64,000 bases of DNA, taken from NCBI GenBank assembly GCA_000388065.2, contig KB932202.1. One strand, 5' to 3'. The position numbers were made by a program, and so were the translations under genes. The DNA is from Fonticula alba ATCC 38817. Its lineage: Eukaryota; Protista; Nucleariida. This document shows positions 11,114 through 23,649 of this stretch, one piece after another. Every line of letters begins with the position of its first letter. Position 1 is the stretch's first letter. The notes under the pieces are model-generated. The model worked only from the letters and a program-made list of their open reading frames with translations. It was not told where the DNA came from and did not search any database.

Positions 11114-14100
11114 CTGGCTTTGGGCCTCGGGGTAGGGCGGGATGATGGGGCGCGGGGCAGCATTTGCCCGCAGGCGTGCATGCTGAAGGTTGCGGGGGAG
11201 GAAGGCGCGCGGCCCCGGGCCAGGATCCGCAGGAATTATTCTGTCCTGCCGGGGGTAAGCCTGACACGATGGCTCCAGCGGGTGACCACAGCCCGTGGGG
11301 AAGGGCGGGGAGGCGGGGAACGAGGGGCCCCCGACGCCGGTCGCACGGCCAGATGCCCGCGCGTGTGGGGCTCCCCATCGGGGGGCCGATTTGAAATGCG
11401 CTCCCGGCCCCGGGGGCGAAAAAGGCGCACGCGCGAGATCTCTCGTCCCCCCCGGTCCGGGATAATATATGGCAGAAGCCGACAGTCAGAGCGCCCCCTA
11501 GACGAAAGGTCTCCACTCGCTGGTGCCTTTCTCGACCCGCGGGCCAGCCGCAGTTGTCTGCCCCGNNNNNNNNNNNNNNNNNNNNNNNNNNNNNNNNNNN
11601 NNNNNNNNNNNNNNNNNNNNNNNNNNNNNNNNNNNNNNNNNNNNNNNNNNNNNNNNNNNNNNNNNNNNNNNNNNNNNNNNNNNNNNNNNNNNNNNNNNNN
11701 NNNNNNNNNNNNNNNNNNNNNNNNNNNNNNNNNNNNNNNNNNNNNNNNNNNNNNNNNNNNNNNNNNNNNNNNNNNNNNNNNNNNNNNNNNNNNNNNNNNN
11801 NNNNNNNNNNNNNNNNNNNNNNNNNNNNNNNNNNNNNNNNNNNNNNNNNNNNNNNNNNNNNNNNNNNNNNNNNNNNNNNNNNNNNNNNNNNNNNNNNNNN
11901 NNNNNNNNNNNNNNNNNNNNNNNNNNNNNNNNNNNNNNNNNNNNNNNNNNNNNNNNNNNNNNNNNNNNNNNNNNNNNNNNNNNNNNNNNNNNNNNNNNNN
12001 NNNNNNNNNNNNNNNNNNNNNNNNNNNNNNNNNNNNNNNNNNNNNNNNNNNNNNNNNNNNNNNNNNNNNNNNNNNNNNNNNNNNNNNNNNNNNNNNNNNN
12101 NNNNNNNNNNNNNNNNNNNNNNNNNNNNNNNNNNNNNNNNNNNNNNNNNNNNNNNNNNNNNNNNNNNNNNNNNNNNNNNNNNNNNNNNNNNNNNNNNNNN
12201 NNNNNNNNNNNNNNNNNNNNNNNNNNNNNNNNNNNNNNNNNNNNCCCGTTCTATCCCATTCCCCCTCGCTCCCCGCTCCCACCTCCCCGCACCCCCTCGC
12301 ACCTTTCGCACCACACCCGCACCCGCACCCGCACCCACACCCACACCCACACCCACACACGTACGCGCCGCCGTGCACAGACGTGCGCCTTTCCCCCATC
12401 CCCCCGTTCCTGCCCTTCCCTGGGAAATCGGTTTGCAGCGGGCGCCCAGCCATCCTTCCCCCTCCCTCCCCGGAAGCACGGCGTCCCGTGTTCGTCCTCT
12501 CCGTTCGCACTCGCACCGGGGTCTCTCCTCCCTGCCTGTCTCTGCCTCCTCTCTCTCTCTCTCCCCCCCCCCCCCCCCCCCCCCCGCCCCTACCCCCACC
12601 GCACGCGGTGTCTCCCCTCCATCTGTCTGACCTCCTTGCCATGTCCGCGGCTGCTGTCCGAAGGCCTGGCAGCAGACCCGTTGGAAGGATGTGCGTGTGG
12701 GACACGCCCTTCGAGTCACCCGTGGCCAGCCGCTGCCGGCGGACTGCATTCTATTGGCCTCTTCGGCCCCGGATGGCAAGGCCTATGTCGAGACAAGTAA
12801 CCTCGATGGCGAGGTGCGTCTTTTGCCGATGGCCGGGCCTTGCAGTTGGCTTCTCCCTGGGTGCTTTGCCCTTTTTCGGCCGTCCCGGCCCCAGTCCCCC
12901 TGGGCGACACGGCCATGGCTCGTCTGTGCGGATGCGCCTCTAACATGCTGGCTCTTGGATTGACGGTCCCCATGACACCGCAGACCAACCTCAAGGAGCG
13001 CCGCGCCCTGGAGATCACGCAGGCCGCCCTGATTCCCAGCCCCGACGGGGGCGGATACGGCTCGTTGGAGACCGGCCTGCAAAGGCTGTCCGGCCATGTG
13101 CGCTGCCCGGCGCCCACTCGGCAGCTGGATGTCTTTGAGGCGACCATCTCCCTGTCGCCTGTGGCCGGGGGCGGGCTCGATGCCGGGCTCCCGGGGCAGG
13201 AGCTGTCGACCGCCGAGACGGCCATGCTACCGGCCTTCGAGTCCTTCGGCCTGAACCCGGAGCAGCTTCTCCTGCGCGGGACCGTTGTCCAGGGTGTCGA
13301 CTGGCTGGTGTGCCTGGTGGTGTATACCGGCGAGCAGACGCGTGTCCGGCTGAATGCCACCCAGGCCCCGACAAAGGCGGCCTCCTTCGATCGGGCTGGC
13401 AGTCGATTGGTCATCCTGACCTTCGTCTTTCTCTGTCTCATGGTGGTCCTTTTCGCCGTCAGCGGGTTCACCTGGCAGCAGCGCTTCCAGGTGGGGAGCT
13501 GGTTCCTCCCCGGGGCCGGGGTCACTGTCTTGGAGTTCTTGACCATCTACCTGATCCTCTTCAATGGCATCATCCCCATCAGTCTCTATGTGACCCTGGA
13601 GTTTGTGCGCTTCATGCAATCCAGCTTCATCGGTGCGTGTCCCGGGCATCTGGCCATCCCCCGGGCATCGGCGCATGTGCCGCCTCGCAGAGGAAGCTCA
13701 CCTCCCCCTCGTTTCCTCCCTGGCAAGATGTCGATCTACAAATGGCCATCCCCCTGGAGGAGGACCCGTCTCATGGCGCTGGGCAGGTGACGGCCCGGAC
13801 AGACTCGACCATCGGGGCACCACTCAAGTTTGCCCGCGCCAACACCAGTACCCTCACTGATGAGCTGGGCCTGGTCCGGCACATCTTCGTCGATAAGACT
13901 GGCACCCTCACCGAGAATGACATGCTCTTTAAGAAGTGCGCCACTCTCGGGGCGCGCCCGCGGATTTTCGCCGTGCCCGATTCCACCGGTCCTGCCGGGG
14001 ATGTGGACCAGCCGGCCGATGAAGGCACCATGGCCGACCTGCTGGAACAGGTGCGCCTGCACGGCCGTCTCTCGGTCTTTCTCCCACGGTGCAATGCACT

Positions 14101-14116
14101 TGCTGACACCCATGCG

Positions 14117-14177
<61 letters not shown>

Positions 14178-15363
14178 CAAAGGCCCTTTACAATCCCCAA
14201 ACCCTGGACTTCATCCTGGCCATGGTCCTGTGCCACTCTGTCCTGCCGATCACCGAAGACCAAGAGGCAGGCCCTGCCTCCACCTCTGGCAGGGCCCCGG
14301 CTATTCCCCAATTTGAGGGCACCTCGCCCGATGAGATTGCCATTGTCCGGGCCCTCTTCCAGGCCGGTGTGCGAGTTGTAAATGTCACTGCCACGCACAT
14401 TGGTCTGGAGCTGCCACGCGCATTGGCCGCAGCCGCAGGCTTCCCCCTGGACAAGAGTGGGTCCGGCTCGGTGGCCACCGTGCGCATGGGTGTGGACCTC
14501 CTCCATGTGTTGCCTTTCTCGTCGGACCGCCGGCGGATGTCGGTGCTGGTTCGTCTGCCGGGCGTTGGGGGTGATCTTGCCGGTCGCGTGCGCCTGATCG
14601 TCAAAGGGGCCGATACGGTGCTGACCGAGCGGGCTAGAATGGCTCCCGGTCCGGATTCTCCGATCGAGGCGCTGCTGGCTCGCCTGGCCGGTGACGGCCT
14701 TCGGACGTTGGTCTATGGCGCGCGCGATCTCGATGCGGACTTCTATCGCGATTGGTGCCTCGTGCGTAAGCCTGAGGGTTTCTTCTTGACCGTGCTTCAG
14801 CTGCACTTCCTGTCTCTCCTGTTGTATTTCTCCCGGCCTCGCGCTTGCTGCCAATGGCAGCCTCTCGCTTTCTCTCTCCCTCCCTCCCTCTCTCTCTCTC
14901 CCCATCCTTTCGACATGCTCTGACGTATACGTTCGCCCCCTGCTGGACTGGGTGGTTGGCTGAGGCAGGCCCTTCGTGATGCGTCTCTGACGGTCGGCGA
15001 CCGAACTCGCGCCGTGCGCGCGGTCTTCGACCGCCTCGAGTGGGACCTACACCAGGTCCCGCAAGCTGGCGTTCCCATGCAGGGGGGCCTGGAGTTGATT
15101 GGTGTGACGGCCATCGCCGACCGCCTGCAGAAGGACGTCCCTGAGACGGTGACCGCCTTGCAGCGCGCCGGCATGTCCCTCTGGATGCTGACCGGTGACC
15201 GGCGCGAGACGGCCCTGCATGTGGGCCGCGCTGCGCGACTAATTGCCCCGAGCACCGGGCGCCCCGCGGCCTCCACCTCGACCGCCGTGCGCACCACCAT
15301 GTTCGACACCCTCTTCCTTTCCGGCACCAGTCTTCCGGCCATGGCGGAGTCAATTGTCGGGTA

Positions 15364-15400
<37 letters not shown>

Positions 15401-16595
15401 CCTCTCTTTCTTTCTCCTCCCCTTTCGGACCGTGGTTTTTTTTTTCCTCAGTGCCGCATGCAAATGCGCTTCCGTGAGGATGTACGCGTGCATGTGTGCA
15501 TACACATGCACACATGTGCACGCACGTGCAGGCATACGTGCACATGCGCATCTCCACCACTCCGATTTGGCAAGACTCACATGTCCCCTTTTGCCGGTGC
15601 GATTGGAACAGCTCCTTTGCCATGATTCGCGACATCCAGGACATGGGTCAAGCAGCGCCGGCCCTGGTGGTTGATGGCACGGCACTCCAGCTCCTGATGG
15701 ACTTCCCCTCGTGCACCGTCCCGCAGGCAGCGCAGCTGGCATACGGGCGCCTGCCCACCGGCGCGGCCCTCGGTCTGGGGGGCGATCGGCCGGTTCGCAT
15801 CGAGGATCTGGGCCTGCCATCCGGCCAGGACCCGGTGGCTGCATTGGCCGAGGCCCTCGACCGCCAGCAGGACACCCTGTTGACGGAATTCCTGCGGCTG
15901 TGCTTCAGCGCATCGACCGTGGTCTGCTGTCGGGTGGCCCCGCTGCAGAAGGCGGCGGTGGTGCGCCTGGTCCGAACATATACGGCGGCCCGGCCTGCCG
16001 AGACGGACCCCATCCGGCACCGGTCTCCCCCGGGCGGGGTGTCTGGCTCGTCGACCGGGGCCACGGCCGGCCAGCGGCCGGCGGCCATGCTGAAGCAGAT
16101 CGGCCAGCGCCTGGCTGCCGGGGTCCTTCCCCCTTCCCCGGCGCCGGTGACCCTGGCCGTGGGCGACGGGGCCAATGATGTGGCCATGCTGCAGGCGGCC
16201 CATGTGGGCATTGGTCTGTCGGCCGGCCGCGAGGGGCTGGCCGCGGCTCGCGCCGCCGACTATGCCGTTCCCGGCTTCCGGCATCTGGCCCCGCTGCTCC
16301 TGGTCCATGGCCACTGGAATGCCGTCCGGTCGCGCATCTTCTTCCTGGAGACCTTCTACAAGTGTGCCGCCATCAATGCCATCCAGGCCCTCTTCCAGCT
16401 GGCTACCGGTGGCTCTGGGGCCAGTCTCTTTGATGGGTGGACTCTGGCCTGCTACAATGTGCTCTTCACCTCGTTCCCGGTCATTGTCCTGGGCATCTTC
16501 GAGAAGGACATCCTCTCGCGTCGGGTCCTCACGTCTCTGGCTCCGGAGGTTTACCGCCATGAGGCTCGTTTCGGGGGCCTCAACTCGGTTGGTAT

Positions 16596-16639
<44 letters not shown>

Positions 16640-18156
16640 GGGTCGCGTGAGCGTCCCTTTCCGTCCTTCTCTTTCATTCCCCGTCGGGTCCTTTCATTCC
16701 CCCCCCCCCCCCACCCCGTCTCTCTCTGCTTCTCTTTCTCCCTTNNNNNNNNNNNNNNNNNNNNNNNNNNNNNNNNNNNNNNNNNNNNNNNNNCCTTTCT
16801 CACCACGGGATGTCTCTCATCAAACACGGTAGCCTTCGTGCGGACCTTCTTTGAGGGTATCCTCCATGCGGCCCTGGCTTTTGGCCTCGTCGCCGGCGCC
16901 CTCAAGTGTCTGGGGGAGGATGGCGAGTCGCATGAGGCCCTTGGAATGATCGTCTATTCGGCGGTGGTGGTCCATGTGACGCTCCGGGTTCGTGCCATGC
17001 TCTCCGGTTGCCTTCCTGCCCGCCTTGCCTTTGTCCGCGTTTGCCCCTGGCCCGATCCATCTTTGCCCGCGTATCTTGCTGCCGGGCCGCGTGTCCTGTC
17101 ACTTACCTTTTCTTCTCCCCTTGCTGCCGTCCCTCGGCCATGGCTCAGATTGGCTTCGTGACAATCAGCTCCTGGTCCATGCCGACGATCGTGGCCAGTC
17201 TCGGCTCTCTGGCGCTCTGGGTGATTTATCTTTTCTTCTATTCGATGGTGCGCTCACAGGTGTCCCCTCTTCCTTCCGAAAGTCCCCGATGCCCCTTGTA
17301 CCCTTGACTGATGGTGCCCACCGTTCCCTTTCTTTCCCCCTCTCTCCCTCCCTCTCCCTCTCCCTCTCTGTCCGCCTCTCGCCCAGCTGCCCAACTACGC
17401 GTACAAGGCGTACGGGCTCTTTACCGCCATATTTACCGGGTCCATGGGTGCGCGATCCACCCTGGCCGTCATTCTGGTGGCGGTAGTGTGCGTGCTGGTG
17501 GCCCACATCGCGGTGCGCCTCTTTGCTCAGGAGGTTTGGGGCTGGTGGCGCGCATCCGGCACCTGGAACGGCTCTCCTGGCCCCGGGGACACGAGCATCG
17601 TCCGGGAGTTCCTTCATCGACATCGGCGCAACTTCAACCCCGAGGTCTCGTCTTGCGACCTGACGGAGCGCTTCAGTATGGCGGTACGCGCATGGCCGCA
17701 CGAGTCTCCCTCTCAGCCTGCCTTTCTCTCAGCCTGCCTGTCTCTTTCTGACTCCTTTTCTCTCCCGCCCTCTTGCTGCGTATGCCGTGCCCGTCTTCCC
17801 TGGCCCTGTCACGCCTTGCCTCTGCCCTGTCACGCCTTGCCTCTGCCCTGTCACGCCTTGCCTCTGCCCAGCTCTCCTATGGACGCCAAGTCGATCGGGA
17901 CGCCAGCTGCGACTCATCCATCCACTCGACCGAAGAGCTCAGTTCGCGGGACTTCCTGCCAACCACCGGCATCGCCCGACACTCGGTCTATGATGACCAT
18001 GCTGTTGATCACCATGTCAGCACCAGCAACGTCAACAGCGAGCCTCTGACGCCGCCTATTAATCCCCTCGCGACCGAAGGGACCGCGGTCTATTCCTTCA
18101 ACGCCTCGGGGCTCAGCCTGGGCAGTGATTCCCCTGGTGGAGCCTTCGCCGACTAG
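9970..18156 (+). CDS. P4-type ATPase phospholipid flippase (Drs2/ATP8A-like); multi-exon
   Basis: Motifs in order: NTVRTARYTWYDFLPRQL; LLQQIPGISPTGRLTT; ETSNLDGE|TNLK split by an intron (12813/12985); FNGIIPISLYVTLEFVR; DKTGT at 13892-13906; FEGTSPDE; LPFSSDRRRMSVLVR; KGADTV; IADRLQKDVPET..WMLTGDRRETA; CCRVAPLQKA; GDGAND at ~16162; LLLVHGHW. Stop at 18154-18156. Confidence 0.97.
11070..11186 (+). repeat. Second copy of the 117-bp segment, directly after a 10-N gap inside a flippase intron
   Basis: Identical by eye to 8817-8933. Confidence 0.93.
17804..17866 (+). repeat. 21-nt tandem repeat x3 (ccctgtcacgccttgcctctg) just before a splice acceptor
   Basis: Three consecutive copies followed by cccag. 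Confidence 0.9.
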
Positions 18157-19129
18157 CGGCGCTCAAGCACCCTCTTCTCTCTCAGCTTCCCTCGCGCCTT
18201 TGGCGAGCCAAAAGGAAGGGGCACAACGAGGTGACGAGGCAGGCAGGAGTTTCTACACCCTCCTTCCCGCTGGAGGGGGGGGGGGAGTATGTACGCGCCC
18301 GTTCCGCTTTTCTCCCGGCACCGTCCGAAATATACATTTTTATATCCAGCTTTTTCTCCCTCTCGTGCCCCTCCAGAGGGCTATTACTGTTGGCGAATTG
18401 GCGCTATCGCGAGTCGTTCATGTGACCGTATTTCAGAGGATGGCAACATCACACGACAACGCCACCGGGTCAGCTGCATGCCAACCGCGGTTCGTGTTCC
18501 CACAGTCGGGGGGCCTGGCAGGCAGGCAGACAAAAGACGAGCATTTGAATTGCCCGAGGGGGGTGGGCTACGGTGCCGGGTCATTGGGAGGCTCTCTTTC
18601 CAGGCGTGTACATGGCTCTCAATGTGTGTAGTCTATATGCCTGTGTGTGTGTGTGTGTGTGTGTGGACATGTATTTGCCTGGGTGCGCGCGGGTGCCCCG
18701 GCGGCCACATGCGTGCGCATAAATGAGGGCGCACGCGCGGATTTCTGCGTGCGATGGCCGCCAGACCGGACCGCCCATCCCCGGACCCAGGCGCACATGC
18801 GCACCTGTTCCCTCGGCCGTGTCCCGGCCTCCCGGGCCGCAGTCCGCTGTCCCCCCCCCCCCCTTTCCCGGGGGACCGAGCCATCCGAGAGCGCAGCAGC
18901 CGTGAGGGGGATGCGTGGCCCGCATCTTGAGGCATTTAAGCAAGCAGCATTGGGAGAAACGTGTACCACTCCAGCCTGCCAAGGGGTACATATGTGCTAG
19001 GGGCGGGGGCGGGGGGGTACATAATTCCGGAGCTTCGCTGATTCATATCCGGTGGTGCTGGAACTCTCTGCCTCCCTCCTCTGATCGGGGCTTTCTCCCA
19101 ATGTCGGGTTCTCTCTTCGGTGTGTGTCC

Positions 19130-19162
<33 letters not shown>

Positions 19163-19398
19163 TCTCTCCCGCTCTCGGCCTTGTCCCCCGTCTTTCTGTG
19201 TTTGCGCGGGTTTATTTTTCCCGCACTTCCTCGCGCCCCCGTCGTCCTCGGCCGCCCGGCTTGGCCCGGCCCCCTCCCGGTCTCTTGCTAATATCTGCGT
19301 GGTATACTGGTCGATCAGGATGACCGATCGGATGACTCACCAACCTGGGGATGGCTCTTCGCTTGGTCTCACCAAGGCGCAGGGGGGGGGGGGGGGGG

Positions 19399-19435
19399 GC
19401 ACACGTCTGAACTCCAGTCACCTGAGAATCTCGTA
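19399..19435 (+). other. Illumina TruSeq indexed adapter fragment (sequencing artefact)
   Basis: GCACACGTCTGAACTCCAGTCAC + CTGAGA + ATCTCGTA matches the layout of the TruSeq adapter AGATCGGAAGAGCACACGTCTGAACTCCAGTCAC[index]ATCTCGTATGCC. It follows an 18-G run. Confidence 0.95.
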
Positions 19436-20911
19436 GACAGAGGGAGGGGGAGAGAGGCCCTCAGAAACAGTGCCAGCCCGCGCCGCGCGTCTCCGTGAGA
19501 CGGGGCCCGAGGGCCTGCCGGGGATCTGGCAAAAGGGGGCAGCCCGCTCGCTGGCACAAACATCCCTGCCCGACGGTGTGCCGACCCGGGGAAGAAAAGG
19601 CGCCAAATGAGGTCCAACAGACCCCCCCGCACCGGGGGTGACTGGGCCTCATCCCTCGCCTGATGCTCCCTCCCCNNNNNNNNNNNNNNNNNNNNNNNNN
19701 NNNNNNNNNNNNNNNNNNNNNNNNNNNNNNNNNNNNNNNNNNNNNNNNNNNNNNNNNNNNNNNNNNNNNNNNNNNNNNNNNNNNNNNNNNNNNNNNNNNN
19801 NNNNNNNNNNNNNNNNNNNNNNNNNNNNNNNNNNNNNNNNNNNNNNNNNNNNNNNNNNNNNNNNNNNNNNNNNNNNNNNNNNNNNNNNNNNNNNNNNNNN
19901 NNNNNNNNNNNNNNNCCCCCCCCGGGCAGAGCCTCGGCCAGGCATCCTCTTCGGCCAGATCCCATCTCCTCGAGGAGCAAGGTGTCCGGCTCCTGTCCCG
20001 CCGGTGCCCCGTCCCCCCGGCCTTCCCCCCCTGCCGGAAACGTGCCTCTGCCTCGGTCGGGGGCGATCCATGCGCCAGTATTCACGCTCGAAGTAAAACA
20101 TGCCCCTCCTGGCGTATGGCGACCGGGGGCCAACCTCCGATACCCCATACCCCCCAACCTCAACGCCGCGTCCGTCGCGCCAGTGTTTGCGCGCACATCA
20201 GCGCGTCCCTCCGCCACCCCCGCCCCAGCAGAGACACCTCTTCCCTCTGTGCCCCGCCCCCCTCCCGCTCGGGCCCCCTGACTTGGTTGGGACCTTGCTG
20301 GCAACATCTCTGCCCGCCCAGTCCCCCCTCCCCCCCCCCTCCATTGGACCCTCTGTCTCGCCTCCAGTCCTCTTCGCTGTTCGCGACTCCAACCCTCTGC
20401 TTCCTGAGGCTGCGGCGGCCGAATTCACGACGGCAGTCGGTAGATCAGCGCCTGGCTCCACTGAAAGGATCCTGGCCGCGGAACACAGGAAAGCCCNNNN
20501 NNNNNNNNNNNNNNNNNNNNNNNNNNNNNNNNNNNNNNNNNNNNNNNNNNNNNNNNNNNNNNNNNNNNNNNNNNNNNNNNNNNNNNNNNNNNNNNNNNNN
20601 NNNNNNNNNNNNNNNNNNNNNNNNNNNNNNNNNNNNNNNNNNNNNNNNNNNNNNNNNNNNNNNNNNNNNNNNNNNNNNNNNNNNNNNNNNNNNNNNNNNN
20701 NNNNNNNNNNNNNNNNNNNNNNNNNNNNNNNNNNNNNNNNNNNNNNNNNNNNNNNNNNNNNNNNNNNNNNNNNNNNNNNNNNNNNNNNNNNNNNNNNNNN
20801 NNNNNNTAACCCCATGCCGATCCCACGCTACCCATCCCGTTCTATCCCATTCCCCCTCGCTCCCCGCTCCCCGCTCCCCGCTCCTACCCCCTCCTCACGC
20901 AGCACCACCGC

Positions 20912-22965
20912 ATGTCGGTCGAGCTACTCAGTGGCGGCGGCGGCGGCGGCGGTGGCCCCACCGTCTTCCTGCTTGGCGTGCACGATTACCTGGGCATCAC
21001 GCTGGTCATCGTGCCCGCCCTGTGCATTGCCTTGGTGTTGGCCATTTCCACCTGCCTGCGGAAACGCGGCCCGGCCGAAGTCCTCAGCCAGGTGTCGCCC
21101 TTCCTCTTTTGCGCCAGCCTGGCACAAACATGCGTCTTCCTGTCGGACGTCGGGGCGGCGGCCGTCGGCGCGCTGGACTCGGCGGTCGACGAGGGGCCGT
21201 CCATGATGGCCACCATGGTCGGCGACCCGGCCACCGCCACCGGCATCCCTCCCGGCCGGGAGCTGCTGGTCCTCTTCCTGGTGGCCGCCTCTTTCCTGGG
21301 CCTGTCCTACTTCCTGCAGCTGCTCATGAGCATCCCCCTGGCACAGGCGGTCTTCATTGACAACCCCTCCTGGGTGATTGATCGGGGCTGTGCCTTCCTC
21401 TCGTGTACCCTGGCGTCCGGGTTCCTGTGTGGCAATGCCGGCTCCCTGCGCATCCTCAGCGGCCACGCCGAGGGGAGGGCCTGCATGTCCGGAGGCGCGC
21501 CCAGTGGCCAGCATGAGGCCTATTCGGTGCCCGCATCTGCAGTCGCCTCGGCACCGGCCACCACTGTGACCCCCAGCGTCGGCGGGGGGGTTCAGTTTGG
21601 TCGCGAAAGCCGGCGCTTCTACCAGCTGAGCGTCGTCCTGTATGCCTGTCTGCATGTGGTCCCGCAAACGGTCCTGGCCCTGGCGCTGGTGGCGCTGATT
21701 GCTCGCGGCCGGGTGCCGGCCATTGCCGCGGCCTATCCCGAAGTCCCGGTGTGGCTTGCATGCTGCCTGGTCAATCACATGGCCGTGGTCGTGGCCTGTG
21801 CCGGGGGCTTCCTGCTCGACTGGCCCGGGGGGCTGGGCTCGGCTCGGTCCGAGGCCCATGGGTCCAGCGGCCTCGGGTGTCAGTCCTCCGAGCGGGGATC
21901 CTCACTTCACTTGGACCAGTTCGGGTCTCGGGAGAATCTCCTGCTGCCCGGGGGCACTGCCGGCGATCCGCTCGGGCGCCTGTTGCTCGCCACTTCCGGC
22001 AGTGCGCTCTTCCCACTGGGGTCCTCCTCCTCGGCGGCGCTTCTCAGTGGCGGCGGCGGCACCGGCAGTGGCCAGCTTGCGTCGGCCTCCGGGTCGGCCT
22101 CCATCTACAAGGGCCGCTTTTCGGCCGGCAGCGCGCACGACTCCTCGGACCTCGGCGGCAGCGGTGCCATCTACAGCAGTGGGGCCTTTCTAATGGAGAC
22201 TTTCCTGGCCGGCGCCCCGGGGACGCGCATCAGTGACTTGTCGGCGGCGGCGGCGACGGCCGCCGCGGCGGCGGCCCTTGCCGCCGTGTCCTCATGCCCC
22301 CCGCCGGCCCGTCCGGACTGCTGTGATCCCACATGTGCCCTGTGTGGATCCAGCAGCGATGCCTCTCGCATCGGCCGACCTGGGGCCCCTGGCTGGTGGT
22401 CCGGTCGGCGGTCAATCGGCCTGGCAGCCGGCGTTCCCCCGTCCGAGGGCGCCTCGACCGATGCCACAGCCACTGTCAGTGGCCGGGCACATGCCTCTGG
22501 CTGGCTGGACGATCCGGAAGCGGGACGCCCAGCCGGCGAGCTCCCGCTTGGTGGCGCCCGGCCCGGGGAAGTTGCTGCCCCCCTGAGCGAAGTGCAGTTC
22601 CTTCGCCTGGCTGGCGCTTCGCCCGCGGGTGCCATTCCACCCGGGAGTAGCGTCAAGTGCGTGGTCCGGCATGCTTCCGGCGCTCCATGCCCTGCCACCT
22701 GCAACTTCCCCGCCATTCCTCGCCCTCTGACCATTCCGCTTCCCGCGCCGGTCTTCTCCTTCCCCTCCGTCCTTCCCCGCTCCCCTGTCACTCCCTATCT
22801 CCGTTTCTCCCGTCGGTTCTTCCCTCCTTTTTTTTTAATAGGATATTGGCCCCTGCTGCTGTCCCCTCGATCGACGAGGAGTCGGTCCCTCTGACCGGTG
22901 ATGAGGCGGACTCCGAGTTCACCGCCTCCGAGAGCCTGTCTTCCCTCTCATTGTCGGAATTGTAG
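20912..22965 (+). CDS. Hypothetical multi-pass membrane protein (~6 TM) with a long Ser/Gly/Ala-rich C-terminal tail
   Basis: Long ORF from 20912. An intron at ~22657-22841 (aa|GTGCGT..TAATAG|g) joins in frame to ILAPAAVPSIDEE..LSEL*. About six hydrophobic segments lie in the first ~300 aa. Confidence 0.75.
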
Positions 22966-23649
22966 TTGCGTTCGGCCGTGCTTCCCCGGCCGCGCTTCCC
23001 CTCCCGCCTTGCTCTCCTTCCGCCTCCTGAGAGCCGGATGCCGCCAACCACACGACAAAGACGGCCAACCCCCTTCTATCCCCCTTCCCTTTCCCGCACA
23101 CCCCCACATACATATAGACGTGCCTGTTCTCGGTGGTTTTCCCTGGTCGGCGCAACTCCTCGGGGGAGGGGGGAGAGGCTGGACGCGTTGTGGGCTTAGT
23201 GAGGGAGATCACGTGTGCCCGCCCACCATGTGCTGGCAGCCGATCTGGGTCCCCCCCCCCTGGTTTGGGTTCTGTCCGCCCTTCTGCCAGGCGCCTGGGC
23301 GGAGTCTCTCCAGTCATGGTGGTGTGCTTTGTTGTTTGGTCATCCAGGCAGGGCGATCTCTCAAAGGGGCGAGATGGGTGTGCCCCCCCCCCGCCCCCCG
23401 CCCCCCGCCCCCCGCCCCCCGCCCCCCGCCCCCTGGAGCCGTGTGGACGAGGGTGCAAATGAGCGGCCACCCTACTTATGTCGAGTCCCCGGCCTCCCAA
23501 GCACGCCTCCCTCCCCCTCCTGCGCGCCCTTCTTCCGCCGCGTCCCGCACTGCGCCCCGCCCGGCCACTCCCCCCCCCCTTTTTTTCCTGCCGTCCCTGC
23601 GACCCATCTTCGCCCTTGCCTTCACTCCCGGCTCCTGCCTCTTCGCGCA

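Noticed and set aside
10842-12943. Long ORFs spanning N runs (10842-12779, 10958-12943, 11236-12705 and similar elsewhere)
   Set aside because: Their length comes from translating N as X.
13886-13906. Flippase as a pseudo-enzyme because FVDKTGT replaces FSDKTGT
   Set aside because: The phosphorylated Asp, DGET, TGD and GDGAND are all intact.
18157-20500. Possible gene between the flippase and the multi-TM orphan
   Set aside because: Only short ORFs without coherent splicing. The region has two gaps and adapter contamination, so nothing can be supported.
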